A DNA stretch of 64,000 nt from an uncultured Methanosarcinaceae archaeon (GTDB taxonomy: Archaea; Halobacteriota; Methanosarcinia; Methanosarcinales; Methanosarcinaceae). Under the pieces are notes generated by a model. The model saw only the letters and a program-made list of their open reading frames with translations, made no database searches and was not told the origin of the DNA. The stretch's first letter is position 1. The number at the start of each line of letters is the position of its first letter. Below, one piece after another: positions 1 to 10,424 of this stretch. Where the stretch lies: assembly GCA_963721455.1 (NCBI GenBank), contig CAVRJG010000019.1, forward strand, positions 1 to 64,000, given 5' to 3'. A program made the translations under genes and the position numbers.

Positions 1-17
1 AAATTGTTTTAATAGGA

Positions 18-1181
18 GTGCTCATTACTGCGCTGATAATAACCTCAGGCTGCGCTGACAAATCCACATCTGTTGAGGATTCGGAGGTTTCGGCCCCGGA
101 AGATTCTTCAGAAATTGCAAATACCGATGAGGTAACAGAGCCTGCTTGGATCACGATTACAGATGGGTTCGGCAGAAAAGTCACCATACCTGAAAATACC
201 GAACGAGTTGTCTGCTCAGGGGCAGGATGCTTACGCTACCTTGTATACCTCCAGGCCCAGGATCGCGTAGTCGGAGTAGACAGTCTGGAAAAGAAAGAAG
301 GAGAGGTTGAAGGCCGTCCCTATGCCCTTGCAAACCCGCAGCTTAAGGACTATCCTCTTATAGGAGAGTTCAGGGGCAAAGACGATCCCGAAAAGATCAT
401 TGCTATCGACCCTCAGGTGGTCCTCAAAACCGGCACAATTGGCCAGCCCTCTGCAGCAAACGCCGCTGAAGCCGACACCCTTCAGGACAAAACCGGCATC
501 CCTGTTGTCTCATTCCCTTACGGGTCTTTGATAAATGAAAAAGACAGAGCCGAAATGCATAGCTCTCTCAGGATAATTGGTGAGGTAGTAGGCAAACAGG
601 AAAGGGCAGAAGAAGTAATAGTTTATATCGAAACTACGATGAAAGACCTCGAAAACAGGACTGCAGACATTCCGGAATCCGAAAGGAAGACTGTTTATAT
701 TGGTGGGGTTAGCAGTGCAGGAGCTCATGGAATAATCTCAACAGAACCGGCTTATCCGCCATTCCTCTGGGTAAATGCAAATAATGTTGCAGCCGGAATG
801 GGCACAGACCATGCGGATATTGCTAAAGAGGCACTCGTAGATTGGGATCCCGAGTATATATTTATCGATATCGGAACCCTCCAGCTGGACAATGAAGGAG
901 CCATCGGAGAACTCAAGAATGACACCTCACTCACAGGGCTTTCAGCTGTAAAGAATGGCAAGGTCTACGGAGTGATCCCTTACAACTTCTACGGCACCAA
1001 CTATGAGTCAGTGCTTGCAAACGCTTATTTTATAGGAAAAGTGCTTTATCCGGAACGGTTTGAAGATGTTGATCCTGAAGCCAAAGCCGATGAGATCTAT
1101 ACCTTTTTCCTTGGCAAACAGATATTTTCTGACCTGAACGGACAGTATAACGACCTGGGATTCAAGCAGATTCCACAATGA
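18..1181 (+). CDS. Iron-siderophore/cobalamin-type ABC transporter substrate-binding lipoprotein (start probably upstream of the window)
   Basis: Lipobox-like ITSGC; TDGFGRKVTIP..ERVV and AVKNGKVY motifs of the FepB/BtuF class; frame is open to the window edge. Confidence 0.9.
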   Translation: MLITALIITSGCADKSTSVEDSEVSAPEDSSEIANTDEVTEPAWITITDGFGRKVTIPENTERVVCSGAGCLRYLVYLQAQDRVVGVDSLEKKEGEVEGRPYALANPQLKDYPLIGEFRGKDDPEKIIAIDPQVVLKTGTIGQPSAANAAEADTLQDKTGIPVVSFPYGSLINEKDRAEMHSSLRIIGEVVGKQERAEEVIVYIETTMKDLENRTADIPESERKTVYIGGVSSAGAHGIISTEPAYPPFLWVNANNVAAGMGTDHADIAKEALVDWDPEYIFIDIGTLQLDNEGAIGELKNDTSLTGLSAVKNGKVYGVIPYNFYGTNYESVLANAYFIGKVLYPERFEDVDPEAKADEIYTFFLGKQIFSDLNGQYNDLGFKQIPQ

Positions 1182-1199
1182 GCCGGAGGGTATAAACAA

Positions 1200-2270
1200 G
1201 TGCATTTTGCCAACGGAGCAGTTCCTGAAGATTATCTCGTGTACGTGAGAAGAAAGTACTTCTGGATAATGGGGGGGCTCCTGCTCCTTTTTATTTTGTT
1301 AATCTGCTCGATCTCTGTAGGAGCGGTAACAATACCTCCTCAGGAGGTGTTGCAAACAATGTTGGGACAGAGCGTTTCTACAAAATGGGATTCAATTATC
1401 TGGAACATCCGCCTCCCCCAAGCCCTGGCTGCAATAGTTGCAGGAGCCGGACTTTCAGTAGCAGGGGTGGTGATGCAGTCGATTCTGCGCAATCCGCTTG
1501 GATCTCCGTTTACCCTTGGAATTTCAAATGCAGGTGCTTTCGGGGCTGCCTTCTCGGTAGTTATCCTCGGGAGTGGGAAGATGCAGTCCACAGTTGCAAA
1601 CGCTGTCATAATCAACAATCCTTACCTAACAACGATAGTAGCGTTTGTCTTTTGCCTCCTGGCTACCGGAGTAATCCTGCTCATCTCCCGGATCCGGGGA
1701 GCTTCACCCGAGGTGACGGTGCTTGCGGGTGTTGCGCTTTCTTCCCTTTTCACCGCAGGGACGATGTTCCTTCAGTACTTTGCTGACGATACCCAGCTTG
1801 CAGCAGTCGTCTTCTGGACCTTTGGCGATGTAGGGAGAGTAAACTGGCTGGAACTTGAGATAATGACAGGCGTTGTCCTGCTTGCAGTCATATTCTTCGT
1901 AGCCAACTGCTGGAATTACAATGCCATAGATGCAGGAGATGAGACCGCAAAGAGCCTCGGTGTCAATGTCGAAAAGATCAGGTTAATTGGCATGGTAATC
2001 GCATCCCTGGTCTCTGCAGTGATCGTTGCTTTTCTTGGCGTTATCGGGTTCGTAGGTTTGATCTGTCCGCACATGGTCAGAAGGGTTATAGGGGACGATC
2101 AGAGATACCTGATACCTGGCTCCACCCTGCTTGGAGGAATTCTCCTTCTGGTCTCAGACACTGCAGCCAGACTTATAGTGTCACCTTATGTGCTACCTGT
2201 TTCAGTCCTCACAGCTTTCATGGGAGCACCGACCTTCATCTATCTGCTTCTCAGGGGGTACAAGAGATGA
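1200..2270 (+). CDS. FecCD/BtuC-family ABC permease
   Basis: IRLP, QSILRNPLGSPFTLG and GVIGFVGLICPH motifs; many TM helices. Confidence 0.92.
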   Translation: MHFANGAVPEDYLVYVRRKYFWIMGGLLLLFILLICSISVGAVTIPPQEVLQTMLGQSVSTKWDSIIWNIRLPQALAAIVAGAGLSVAGVVMQSILRNPLGSPFTLGISNAGAFGAAFSVVILGSGKMQSTVANAVIINNPYLTTIVAFVFCLLATGVILLISRIRGASPEVTVLAGVALSSLFTAGTMFLQYFADDTQLAAVVFWTFGDVGRVNWLELEIMTGVVLLAVIFFVANCWNYNAIDAGDETAKSLGVNVEKIRLIGMVIASLVSAVIVAFLGVIGFVGLICPHMVRRVIGDDQRYLIPGSTLLGGILLLVSDTAARLIVSPYVLPVSVLTAFMGAPTFIYLLLRGYKR

Positions 2271-3070
2271 TTCTTTCTGTAGAAGAACTCCAGTTTTTAT
2301 ATCGTAACCGTGAAATTCTCCATGAAATTGCCTTCTCAATCGAGGAAGGAGAGGTTGTCGCAATCCTTGGGCCTAACGGCGTTGGCAAAACAACCCTGCT
2401 AAAATGCCTTAACAGAATTCTCTACCCTAAAAGGGGAGCAGTCCATATCGAGGGGGAAAACCTTTGTGACCTGGGAACAATGGAGATTGCCCGCCTTATT
2501 GGCTATGTTCCCCAGCGGGTAGAAACGGGAAGATTAACGGCTTTTGATGCAGTCCTGCTCGGAAGGCGGCCCCATATCAAATGGGATATTACTGAAAAGG
2601 ACCTTCGGATAGTTGATTCGGTATTCAGATTACTTTCAATGGAAAAACTGCGCCTGTCTTATATCGATGAAATGAGCGGAGGAGAACTTCAGAAGGTCGC
2701 AATTGCACGTTCACTCGTACAGGAGCCAAAAGTTCTCCTCCTTGACGAACCGACAAGCAGCCTCGACCTGAGGAATCAGGTTGAGATCCTTACCATTATC
2801 CGGCAAATCGTCTTCGAACACAGGATTGCAGCTGTGATGACAATGCATGACCTCAACCAGGCTCTCAGGTATGCAGACCGGTTCATTTTTCTGAAGGGGG
2901 GAAAAGTTCATGCCCATGGAGGAGTGGAGGTGATCACATCTGAGGTGATCGAAGAGGTGTATGGTCTGCCAGTAATTATCGGAGAAGTTGCAGGTATGAG
3001 GTGTGTGGTCCCCAGAAGCCCTGAATGGGACTGTACACATGACCGGCTGGAAAAAGCGAGGCGGGCATAA
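2267..3070 (+). CDS. ABC transporter ATPase (FecE/BtuD type)
   Basis: Walker A GPNGVGKT, signature MSGGE, Walker B LLLDEP, H-loop MHDLN; ATGA overlap with the permease. Confidence 0.95.
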   Translation: MILSVEELQFLYRNREILHEIAFSIEEGEVVAILGPNGVGKTTLLKCLNRILYPKRGAVHIEGENLCDLGTMEIARLIGYVPQRVETGRLTAFDAVLLGRRPHIKWDITEKDLRIVDSVFRLLSMEKLRLSYIDEMSGGELQKVAIARSLVQEPKVLLLDEPTSSLDLRNQVEILTIIRQIVFEHRIAAVMTMHDLNQALRYADRFIFLKGGKVHAHGGVEVITSEVIEEVYGLPVIIGEVAGMRCVVPRSPEWDCTHDRLEKARRA

Positions 3071-3264
3071 AGAAAGTATGATTTTAAAGAAAATAAGGAC
3101 GCACGGTTTTGTAAGAAAACAAGGTTTTACAGAAAATTCGCTGTGAAACTTATCTTTTTTAAATTCCTTCAGTGTTAAGGAGAAATCAAAAACAGCAATT
3201 TAAAAAATAGTTGGAGGTACGGTTTGCAGACGAGGCAAAACCGACCAAAAAGAGATTTCCAGGT

Positions 3265-3723
3265 TTACCTGGTAATCATCATTTCTGCAGTTTCAGGCTT
3301 GTAGAACCAGTCTCTCGGAAGTACTTTTTCCTGATGGTAGTACTTAACGAGTCTTCTGATCTTTGATTCTGTCAGGTTGAGGGAACGCTTGTTGTGGACG
3401 TCCTTCTTGTTAACAGAAAGATGCTTCCTGAGCTTCAGAGCCTTAACAATAAGGTTTGTAAGGTCTTCCGGAATGTTCGAAGCAACGTTGTTTTCCTTGA
3501 GGATGGATGTGATCTTCTTGCCTGTGACAAGCTTGGCATCGGGAACTCCGTAGCGGTCCCTTAAAACCATCCCGATTTCGGAGGTGGAGACACCCTGTTT
3601 CCAGAGGTCAAGCGTGATTGAAACGACTTCTTCTGCACTAACCTTGCACCACTCGGGCGCTTCGGTTCTGTTAGGCCTCGTGGAAGAGGATTTGCCTTTT
3701 CTTTTGGTATGCATTTTTGCCAT
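3265..3723 (-). CDS. rps15: 30S ribosomal protein S15 (uS15, archaeal type)
   Basis: [42 protein letters not shown]. Confidence 0.97.
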   Translation of the reverse strand: MAKMHTKRKGKSSSTRPNRTEAPEWCKVSAEEVVSITLDLWKQGVSTSEIGMVLRDRYGVPDAKLVTGKKITSILKENNVASNIPEDLTNLIVKALKLRKHLSVNKKDVHNKRSLNLTESKIRRLVKYYHQEKVLPRDWFYKPETAEMMITR

Positions 3724-3930
3724 AGTAATTCTCCTGATATCAATTGATCGATGCCCGGAAGAAAGTTCTTCGGGCTGAAGTTATATCTTTACCGACTATA
3801 ACGGACCAACACATCGATCGGGAGATTTTAATCCGCCACAGCAAACTGCTGCGGGCTTTTCAGGGATTCCTGCGAAAGCGTGAGTTTTTCGGTAAAAACA
3901 TCACTAGAGAACGCACCATAACATATATAC
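3724..3930 (-). promoter_or_regulatory. rps15 promoter and long structured 5' leader (candidate ribosomal-protein leader)
   Basis: BRE/TATA-like CAAAGTATATAT on the minus strand near 3922-3934; hairpin GCCCGGAAGAA/TTCTTCGGGC at 3753-3775 and further GC stems at 3833-3881. Confidence 0.55.
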
Positions 3931-4006
3931 TTTGTGTTGGGGTGAAAAAGAAATTCAGCCTCCTTCTCATATGGAAAGATCCGGTGACAGGCACCGATTT
4001 CCAGGC

Positions 4007-4371
4007 TCATGTAGCAGGGTTCCAGAGGCTCAAAACTATTCGCGCCCGCCAGGATTTACCTGCTTGCAAACAGGCTCGATATGCGCACCCCGAAGAGCCT
4101 GGGCTTCCGAGAGATTTTCAGCTTCACGGATTGAAGAAATAGTTCCATTAATCTCACCTGAAAACTCAGCTTCAAGTTCTGTCCTGATTTCATCTTTTAT
4201 ATAGCCTGCCAGCAGGTCTTCAAGCAAAGGAAAATCGTCTGTTAATGCGTTTTCAGGGAAGGCTCCACAATCAACCGAAACCCGGCCAAGCATATCCGAG
4301 AAATATGCCGCAAAAATTTCTTCCGCAGAATTTTTCTCTTCAGGATTTTCGGAGACCCCATAGAGAAGGGT
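4007..4371 (-). pseudogene. Decayed duplicate of the 3' end of the 9043-10347 gene
   Basis: 4022-4371 aligns with 9058-9411 and carries three small deletions; original stop at 4007-4009. Confidence 0.9.
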
Positions 4372-4716
4372 AATTAAAATTCGGAATCTACTTCTTATTG
4401 ACATATTCATTATTACATCGAATAATTTAGATATTTATTATTAATAAAGAATATGAATTGCTTTTGCTCTTATTTATGCAAGACAACTAGTTTAGAAAAG
4501 CACAGTTAAAGAATTGTTAAAAAGGTAAAATTTCTCACCGATTCCACATTTCATGATTCCACATATTATACAGTGATTTGATTGAGAGCCGATCCCAAAA
4601 CTCAAAATTTACTTCTCTGAAGCCCGATTTTGAAATAGTCAATTGAGCCGATAAGAAAAGTAATTCAGAAACTCTTCTAAAAAAGGAATAAATATTGGTT
4701 TAGGATAGCTCTCGAT

Positions 4717-5025
4717 TTAATACTTGACCGGACTAGAACCATACCTTGAACCAGTTCTTTTTTCGCCGTGTATTTTTGTCTTAAATCCTTCTACTTTCGT
4801 TTTAAGCCCTTCTACTGTTGATTTAACCTTTTCTACATTTGTTTTAACATCTTCTGCTTTTGTTTCCGACCCTTCTACTTCTGTTTTATGCCAACCACAC
4901 AAATAGCAACCTTCTTTGCGATGCATGATATGTTTTACAACACAAACAAATCCTATTGTGGCTAAGGCATAAACCACTATACCAACCACTATATCTGTAA
5001 GTTTATGCATAGTTATTGACCCCAA
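4717..5025 (-). CDS. Small membrane protein: TM helix, CxxC, heptad repeats
   Basis: Hydrophobic N-terminus, CYLC, then about six KTxVEG-like heptads (21-bp repeats at ~4770-4890). Confidence 0.7.
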   Translation of the reverse strand: MGSITMHKLTDIVVGIVVYALATIGFVCVVKHIMHRKEGCYLCGWHKTEVEGSETKAEDVKTNVEKVKSTVEGLKTKVEGFKTKIHGEKRTGSRYGSSPVKY

Positions 5026-5473
5026 TTTATTATTGTACCTTATCGTTTATGAAGATATGCAAACAAAAAGAAAGCCATCATTATGCAGTAAAGGAGTGAT
5101 ATATGTGGTAAACGATTAACAGAACAAGTGGTTTATTTTTAGGAAAATTCCCATAATTCCAAAATGAGCTTATATGATAGATTGAATAAAAGGCATATTT
5201 ATAGTAATAGATATAATAATAACAAGCCTTATATATATTCATACCTAGCGGTCAATATATCCTTAAATGCAAAAATGAGTAAAAATAACATAGGCTTAAT
5301 GAATGGCTCTGATAGATTCAACTTTATTTAAAATAAATGTAAATTAAAAATTATTGGATATGTTTAAATACGATGTGCCATTAAAAACATATTTGAAATG
5401 AAAAAATAAATACTTCACACACACTGACATATTCAACATCTGGAATTACTTTTTTGCAAATCTATAAAACCGG

Positions 5474-5965
5474 GTGAAAATTATGACCAGCGAAATTCAG
5501 AGTCAGGAATGTTGTCCTCGATTTGACCCCGCCCCTTGGGATGGAAAAGTGTTTGAATGGAACAATAAAAGATTCATCAAGGATTCGGTTACTACGCAGT
5601 TTTACATGCCTCTAAACTTTGGAGAGGTAATAATGAGGATGAACGAGAAAGTTGCCAAGGCAGGGGCAGAAATGCCGGATTGGCTCTGCCTGTCGGATCA
5701 TACCTCAGAAAGCAATATGGACATTTATCTGGCTGTTGATAAAGAAGTGAAAGATGCAGAGAATGTGACATTAAGTGGTAAGTTTTTGAGCAAAGTGTAC
5801 GAGGGAGACTTCCAGGATACAGGAAAATGGTGCGTGGATTTTGATGACTACGCTAAAAGCAAAAGTCTTGAAATCAAAAAATTATACATGTGGTACACGA
5901 CATGTCCTGCATGTGCTGAGAAGTATGGGAAAAATTATGTTGTGATTGTTGGTGAAGTACAATAA
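5474..5965 (+). CDS. Conserved 'hydrolase'-annotated GyrI-like small protein
   Basis: CCPRFDPAPWD..LSGKFLSKVYEG..WYTTCPACAEKYGKNYVV family motifs. Confidence 0.75.
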   Translation: MKIMTSEIQSQECCPRFDPAPWDGKVFEWNNKRFIKDSVTTQFYMPLNFGEVIMRMNEKVAKAGAEMPDWLCLSDHTSESNMDIYLAVDKEVKDAENVTLSGKFLSKVYEGDFQDTGKWCVDFDDYAKSKSLEIKKLYMWYTTCPACAEKYGKNYVVIVGEVQ

Positions 5966-6264
5966 AAAATTGAAACTTAAGAAAAAGACATGTGTATAAT
6001 TATATAATAACTAATCTTATACAAAACGTTAACTAGTTACATTAAAAATAGTAAAGTAAATTTCAAAGTTTTCCAGATGAAGTAGTTCCGTAAAGAAATG
6101 TAATTCCAATAAGGAAATTACTTCTTTAAGGAACTTGATATACTCGGGCAGGAAAATCTAAATTATGTCGTGTTCTTTTAAGTCAATTACCTACTATATA
6201 TACCAACAAAATAAACAGTATTAAAAAACACAGCATTCAGTAAATATTCTTCAAGGATTTTCTT

Positions 6265-6607
6265 GGTAGTGTTGCAAATTTGCTGTAAATTCAAAATCAT
6301 ATTTATGAACATTGTATTATATCTGGGGTAGTGACTTCTAGAAATTTACGATTTTGAAAATTTGTTCACTACCCGAAAATGCGAACGTTTTATGGTAAAA
6401 CGTTCGTATTCAAGGATTCGAAAAATTAAACTTTTAAAAAATGCATAGATTTAATTTAAAAACGTACATAAACTGAAGAGTAAATTTTACAGAGCTTTCA
6501 ATATACTATCAATACTTCCATTTAAAGGAATTTGCTGGCATAAGATATACTCCAAAATTTCTACTTATTTCAAATAGTCTCTTTCATAATTTTTTTGCAA
6601 CGGAACC
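6265..6607. mobile_element. Internally deleted IS6-family derivative
   Basis: 6516-6607 is homologous to 42209-42299, including the IR TTTTTTGCAACGGAACC; imperfect partner IR GGTAGTGTTGCAAA at 6265. Confidence 0.65.
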
Positions 6608-6692
6608 AAATCATTTCATTATAAAAATAAGTAAAAATGAAGAAAAAGCTTCTGGAGTATTTTTATAAATTCAGGAAATTAAGTGGAGATGA

Positions 6693-8126
6693 ATGGGATT
6701 GCGATCGTTAATATTTATTCTGGCAGTATTTATTGTTTTTAGTGGATGCGTTGAAGAAAAGAATGTTATTAAAACAAATGAGTCGGTATATCAAGAGCCA
6801 GAAAATAAAATATCAGAAAATCTATTGTCAACAAACCTGTCATCTGAAGTAGAAAATCTCCCTGAAATCGAATTAAGATCCCTTTCGAGTATTTATACAC
6901 ATAGTAATGAGGAAAAAATCGATGCATACCTTTTTAGCTGGAATAATGTTCCTGTAAACGAAAGTGAAAATCAAAGACTTATTAGTTACCTTCAGAATGA
7001 TCTGAATATTAGTTGGGTAGATAATGCACAGATTGTTAAAACAAATAATAATGAAACTATTCACGTTTTTACGCCTGAAAATTCGTTGGAGTTAAGACTT
7101 AGAAACGATAAAAGTACAATTCTAACAATTATTGATCCCGCCGTACCTAGCTACTTTTTTAATATAAAAAAAGAAAACGGTGAGATTCGTGTGTACAAGC
7201 TTGAAGAATACAAATATGGATATAACATTACAGAAAGGCATTATTTAGTATACAACCTCTCGATAACGAATAATGGCTCTAAATATCTCGATTTCAAGTT
7301 AGATGAACTTAATGTTCGCGATGGGGACACTATATATAATGCTGAAACTAGTACCATACATGAACCTGGAAATTCAAATTCGTATAGAGAGGATATGCTG
7401 TTAGAACTAGAAAAAACAACTAAAATAGGAGATAAAAGGCTATATCCTGGACAAACTATTAGTGGGTCTGTTATTTATCAGGTTAATTCCTCGCATAATT
7501 CGTCATATGACGAAGCGTTCCAACTTTTGTATAAGGAAATTCCTGTAAACTCTGATTCTTTTAAAAAAAGCACTGAAGCTCTTAACCTGGCGGAACGATA
7601 CAATTACTCGGTAGTTTTTGGCATACCACCTTATGATTTGTATGGCTTTGCCAACTATGTAAACAAAAATATAATTGAATTCATTAAAAAGAGAGATTCG
7701 GATGCGTCGCTTAATGACTCTACTGAGAACCTGGAATTATCAAAAATAGAAACTGTCTATGCAATAAAGATCATACCTGAGAAAAACATAAGGTCAATAT
7801 TTGAAAGTTACATCCCAGATCCTCACTCATATCCTGAAAACCGTTTCATTGTCATTGATGATACTGGAGAAGAACTAATTAACGCATCCAAAATTGATAA
7901 AATAGCCATCCTGAAGAATCAAACCTATGAACTCCATTCTTACCCAAATGGGGTAAATGGAAAAACTCCGCAGCTGAATTTTTCTAATGCTACATTAGTA
8001 ATAACCTGCGTATCAGTACATGGTTACACCGGATTTTTATCATTTATTGATCAGGATCTTATACTGGATGATAAAATGAATATAGTTGAAGCGAGATATT
8101 ATTGCCGTAATTATCAAGGTGCATAA
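6693..8126 (+). CDS. Surface lipoprotein with a DUF4352-like Ig domain
   Basis: Lipobox VFSGC; YNLSITNNGS..LYPGQTISGSVIYQV motif. Confidence 0.75.
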   Translation: MGLRSLIFILAVFIVFSGCVEEKNVIKTNESVYQEPENKISENLLSTNLSSEVENLPEIELRSLSSIYTHSNEEKIDAYLFSWNNVPVNESENQRLISYLQNDLNISWVDNAQIVKTNNNETIHVFTPENSLELRLRNDKSTILTIIDPAVPSYFFNIKKENGEIRVYKLEEYKYGYNITERHYLVYNLSITNNGSKYLDFKLDELNVRDGDTIYNAETSTIHEPGNSNSYREDMLLELEKTTKIGDKRLYPGQTISGSVIYQVNSSHNSSYDEAFQLLYKEIPVNSDSFKKSTEALNLAERYNYSVVFGIPPYDLYGFANYVNKNIIEFIKKRDSDASLNDSTENLELSKIETVYAIKIIPEKNIRSIFESYIPDPHSYPENRFIVIDDTGEELINASKIDKIAILKNQTYELHSYPNGVNGKTPQLNFSNATLVITCVSVHGYTGFLSFIDQDLILDDKMNIVEARYYCRNYQGA

Positions 8127-8386
8127 AATCAAAAACGACTGGTTTATTTCGTCATCAGTAGGCATTAAAAAAAGTGCCTATGTGTTTCAATAGGATTTTT
8201 GCATTGATAGCGTACGGACAGAAGCAAACAAGTGTATTCCTGTATACTATGGAACAATCTAATATAGAGACGCATAGGCAATAATCTTGAAATTTTCATT
8301 TTTGCAGTAAAACTTCAGGCAGTTCTTTAAATTTGCTGTAAATTCACAGTCAAGTTTTCATGTACTATGTGTTTAATTTTGTTTTT

Positions 8387-8926
8387 CTATATGGAATGTG
8401 CTACATAATAACTTCTTGATATTAATGATTTTACAGAACTTTTGTCAAGATTTGGATTCCCTGCTTTTCCATCTTTTGCAACTTGAATAATAATTATTCC
8501 AGCCGAATTATAGTCTTTGAGAGCCAATTCCCATTCTTTCTGTGCTTCCTGGTACTTAGAAGAGACTGTATAATTTTTATTTTCATCAAGTGCTTTCTGT
8601 GTATCATCAAATATATTTTGTCCAACTGTGGCAAGCATATTATTATCATAATTATTTAAGGCAGTTGCTAAATTACTAAAATCAGCAGTTAATAACGGTG
8701 AGTACCTTTGAACATACTCATTCCATTTTATATCCTGAGATACATCCTTAATTTGTTGCGGTGAACTTGTTTCAGTAGGTTGCAGTAAACTAAGCTTATC
8801 TTGAGAACTAATTGTAGCAGATTGAGAAGCTATGTTATTACTGTTCAATCCAGTACACCCAACAGCCAGCATTGAAACCAGTAAAAAAAACAAAATAAGA
8901 TATACATATTTTTTCAAAAAAACCAC
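8387..8926 (-). CDS. Hypothetical lipoprotein, C-terminus possibly truncated
   Basis: Lipobox LAVGC; helical body; low-complexity-looking tail after GNPNLDK. Confidence 0.65.
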   Translation of the reverse strand: MVFLKKYVYLILFFLLVSMLAVGCTGLNSNNIASQSATISSQDKLSLLQPTETSSPQQIKDVSQDIKWNEYVQRYSPLLTADFSNLATALNNYDNNMLATVGQNIFDDTQKALDENKNYTVSSKYQEAQKEWELALKDYNSAGIIIIQVAKDGKAGNPNLDKSSVKSLISRSYYVAHSI

Positions 8927-9042
8927 CTCAAAATATACAGTTGCACAGTGGAAATAATATCATAGTACTTTACAACTCTCTCTAAATGACCACAATGAGT
9001 CAGCCTTATATTAAAACTCAAAAAGATAACATCTTTCGTTAT

Positions 9043-10347
9043 TTATGAATCAGAATCCCAGAGGCTCAAAACTATTCGCGCCCCGCCAGGATTTACCTGC
9101 CTGTAAATTGACTCTATACGTGTATCTCGAAGAGCCTGGGCTTCCGAGAGATTTTCAGCTTCACGGATTGAAGAAACAGTTCCGTTAAGCTCACCTGAAA
9201 ACTCAGCTTCAAGTTCTGTCCTGATTTCATCTTTTATATAGCCTGCCAGCAGGTCTTCAAGCAGGGGAAAATCATCTGTTGATGCATTTTCAGGGAAGGC
9301 TCCGGAATCAACCGGAAACCCGGCTTCAAGCATGTCCGAGAAATATGCCGCAAAAAGTTCTTCCGCCGAATTTTTCTCTTCAGGATTTTCGGAGACACCG
9401 TAAAGCAGGGTCTGGAAAGACTCATCAGTTTCCTGCCCGAAACCCGACCCGAAATAATCCGATGGGAAAAGCAGTCCGAGAACCGCCTCTGTGCCTTCCA
9501 GGGCTGCAGCATCAAGAGAAGCATTAAAAGCCTCAATAAGCACCTTTCCGGCTTTTTCATCTGAAGAATTGAGAGAAGCTTCAAGCACGGAATCATTTAC
9601 GCAGGCAAGGAGAACATCCCTGGAGGGAGTACTGGCATAAAGGGGCATGGAAAGCTTTGCACTTTGCCGGATTGCATTTGCAGGCGGTTCTTCCCCGAGA
9701 ATAAGTTCGCTTTGCATAGGAAAAGCTTCCACGGGATGCCAGTATGCTTCAAACCTGTAAGAGAACCTTCCTGCAGCTTTCTGGTCCAGATAGGCAGAAA
9801 TAGCTTCCGCTTCCCGGAAAGAATAGTCTGCAGCAAGAGTATTTAGAAGAATTGAAGAACCATTATTTAAATTACTATTTGAATCGCTATTTGAATCGCT
9901 ATTTGAATCGCTATTTGAATCGTTATTTGAATCATTACTTGAGACTGTAAGGGAAAGGGCAAGATATTCCGCTATCAGGTCAGCAAAAGTCCTGTGTTTC
10001 TGTTCTTTCCCGAAAAGGGCATGAGAAGGGTTTTCCACAACCGAATTTTCAGGTATCGAAATATTGACCACCGAAAGAGGGGAAATTTCATACTCAAAAT
10101 CCTCAAGTTTACAGGAAAGAAGCGACTCAAGCAGATAAATATCAAGCTCTGAAGAAGTGACGTATCCAGCTGCAGTGTACTGTTTTTCTGCCTGCATGGA
10201 AGGCATGAGCAGGACACCTGCAAGCGAAATAAGCACAAGCAAAAAAAGGGCATCGAAAACCGTGGAATATCCGGAGTTCTCAGTAACGAGCATGCCTTTT
10301 TGCTTTCGGGCCCCTTCAGGCATTTCAAAAGATTTCAAATATATCAC
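9043..10347 (-). CDS. Large pilin-like protein (class III signal peptide-like N-terminus)
   Basis: TENSG/YSTVFDALFLLVLISLAG; SNSD repeat linker; last gene of a four-gene cluster. Confidence 0.75.
   Translation of the reverse strand: MIYLKSFEMPEGARKQKGMLVTENSGYSTVFDALFLLVLISLAGVLLMPSMQAEKQYTAAGYVTSSELDIYLLESLLSCKLEDFEYEISPLSVVNISIPENSVVENPSHALFGKEQKHRTFADLIAEYLALSLTVSSNDSNNDSNSDSNSDSNSDSNSNLNNGSSILLNTLAADYSFREAEAISAYLDQKAAGRFSYRFEAYWHPVEAFPMQSELILGEEPPANAIRQSAKLSMPLYASTPSRDVLLACVNDSVLEASLNSSDEKAGKVLIEAFNASLDAAALEGTEAVLGLLFPSDYFGSGFGQETDESFQTLLYGVSENPEEKNSAEELFAAYFSDMLEAGFPVDSGAFPENASTDDFPLLEDLLAGYIKDEIRTELEAEFSGELNGTVSSIREAENLSEAQALRDTRIESIYRQVNPGGARIVLSLWDSDS
9875..9940. repeat. 12-bp tandem repeat (CTATTTGAATCG)n encoding SNSD
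   Basis: About five units read directly from the sequence. Confidence 0.9.
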
Positions 10348-10424
10348 CTTGCTCTGTCCTGCAATTCTGAATTTTCGGGTTCCATTTCTGGTCTCTCAGG
10401 TCTTTTCACTTCCATGCCGTTTTC

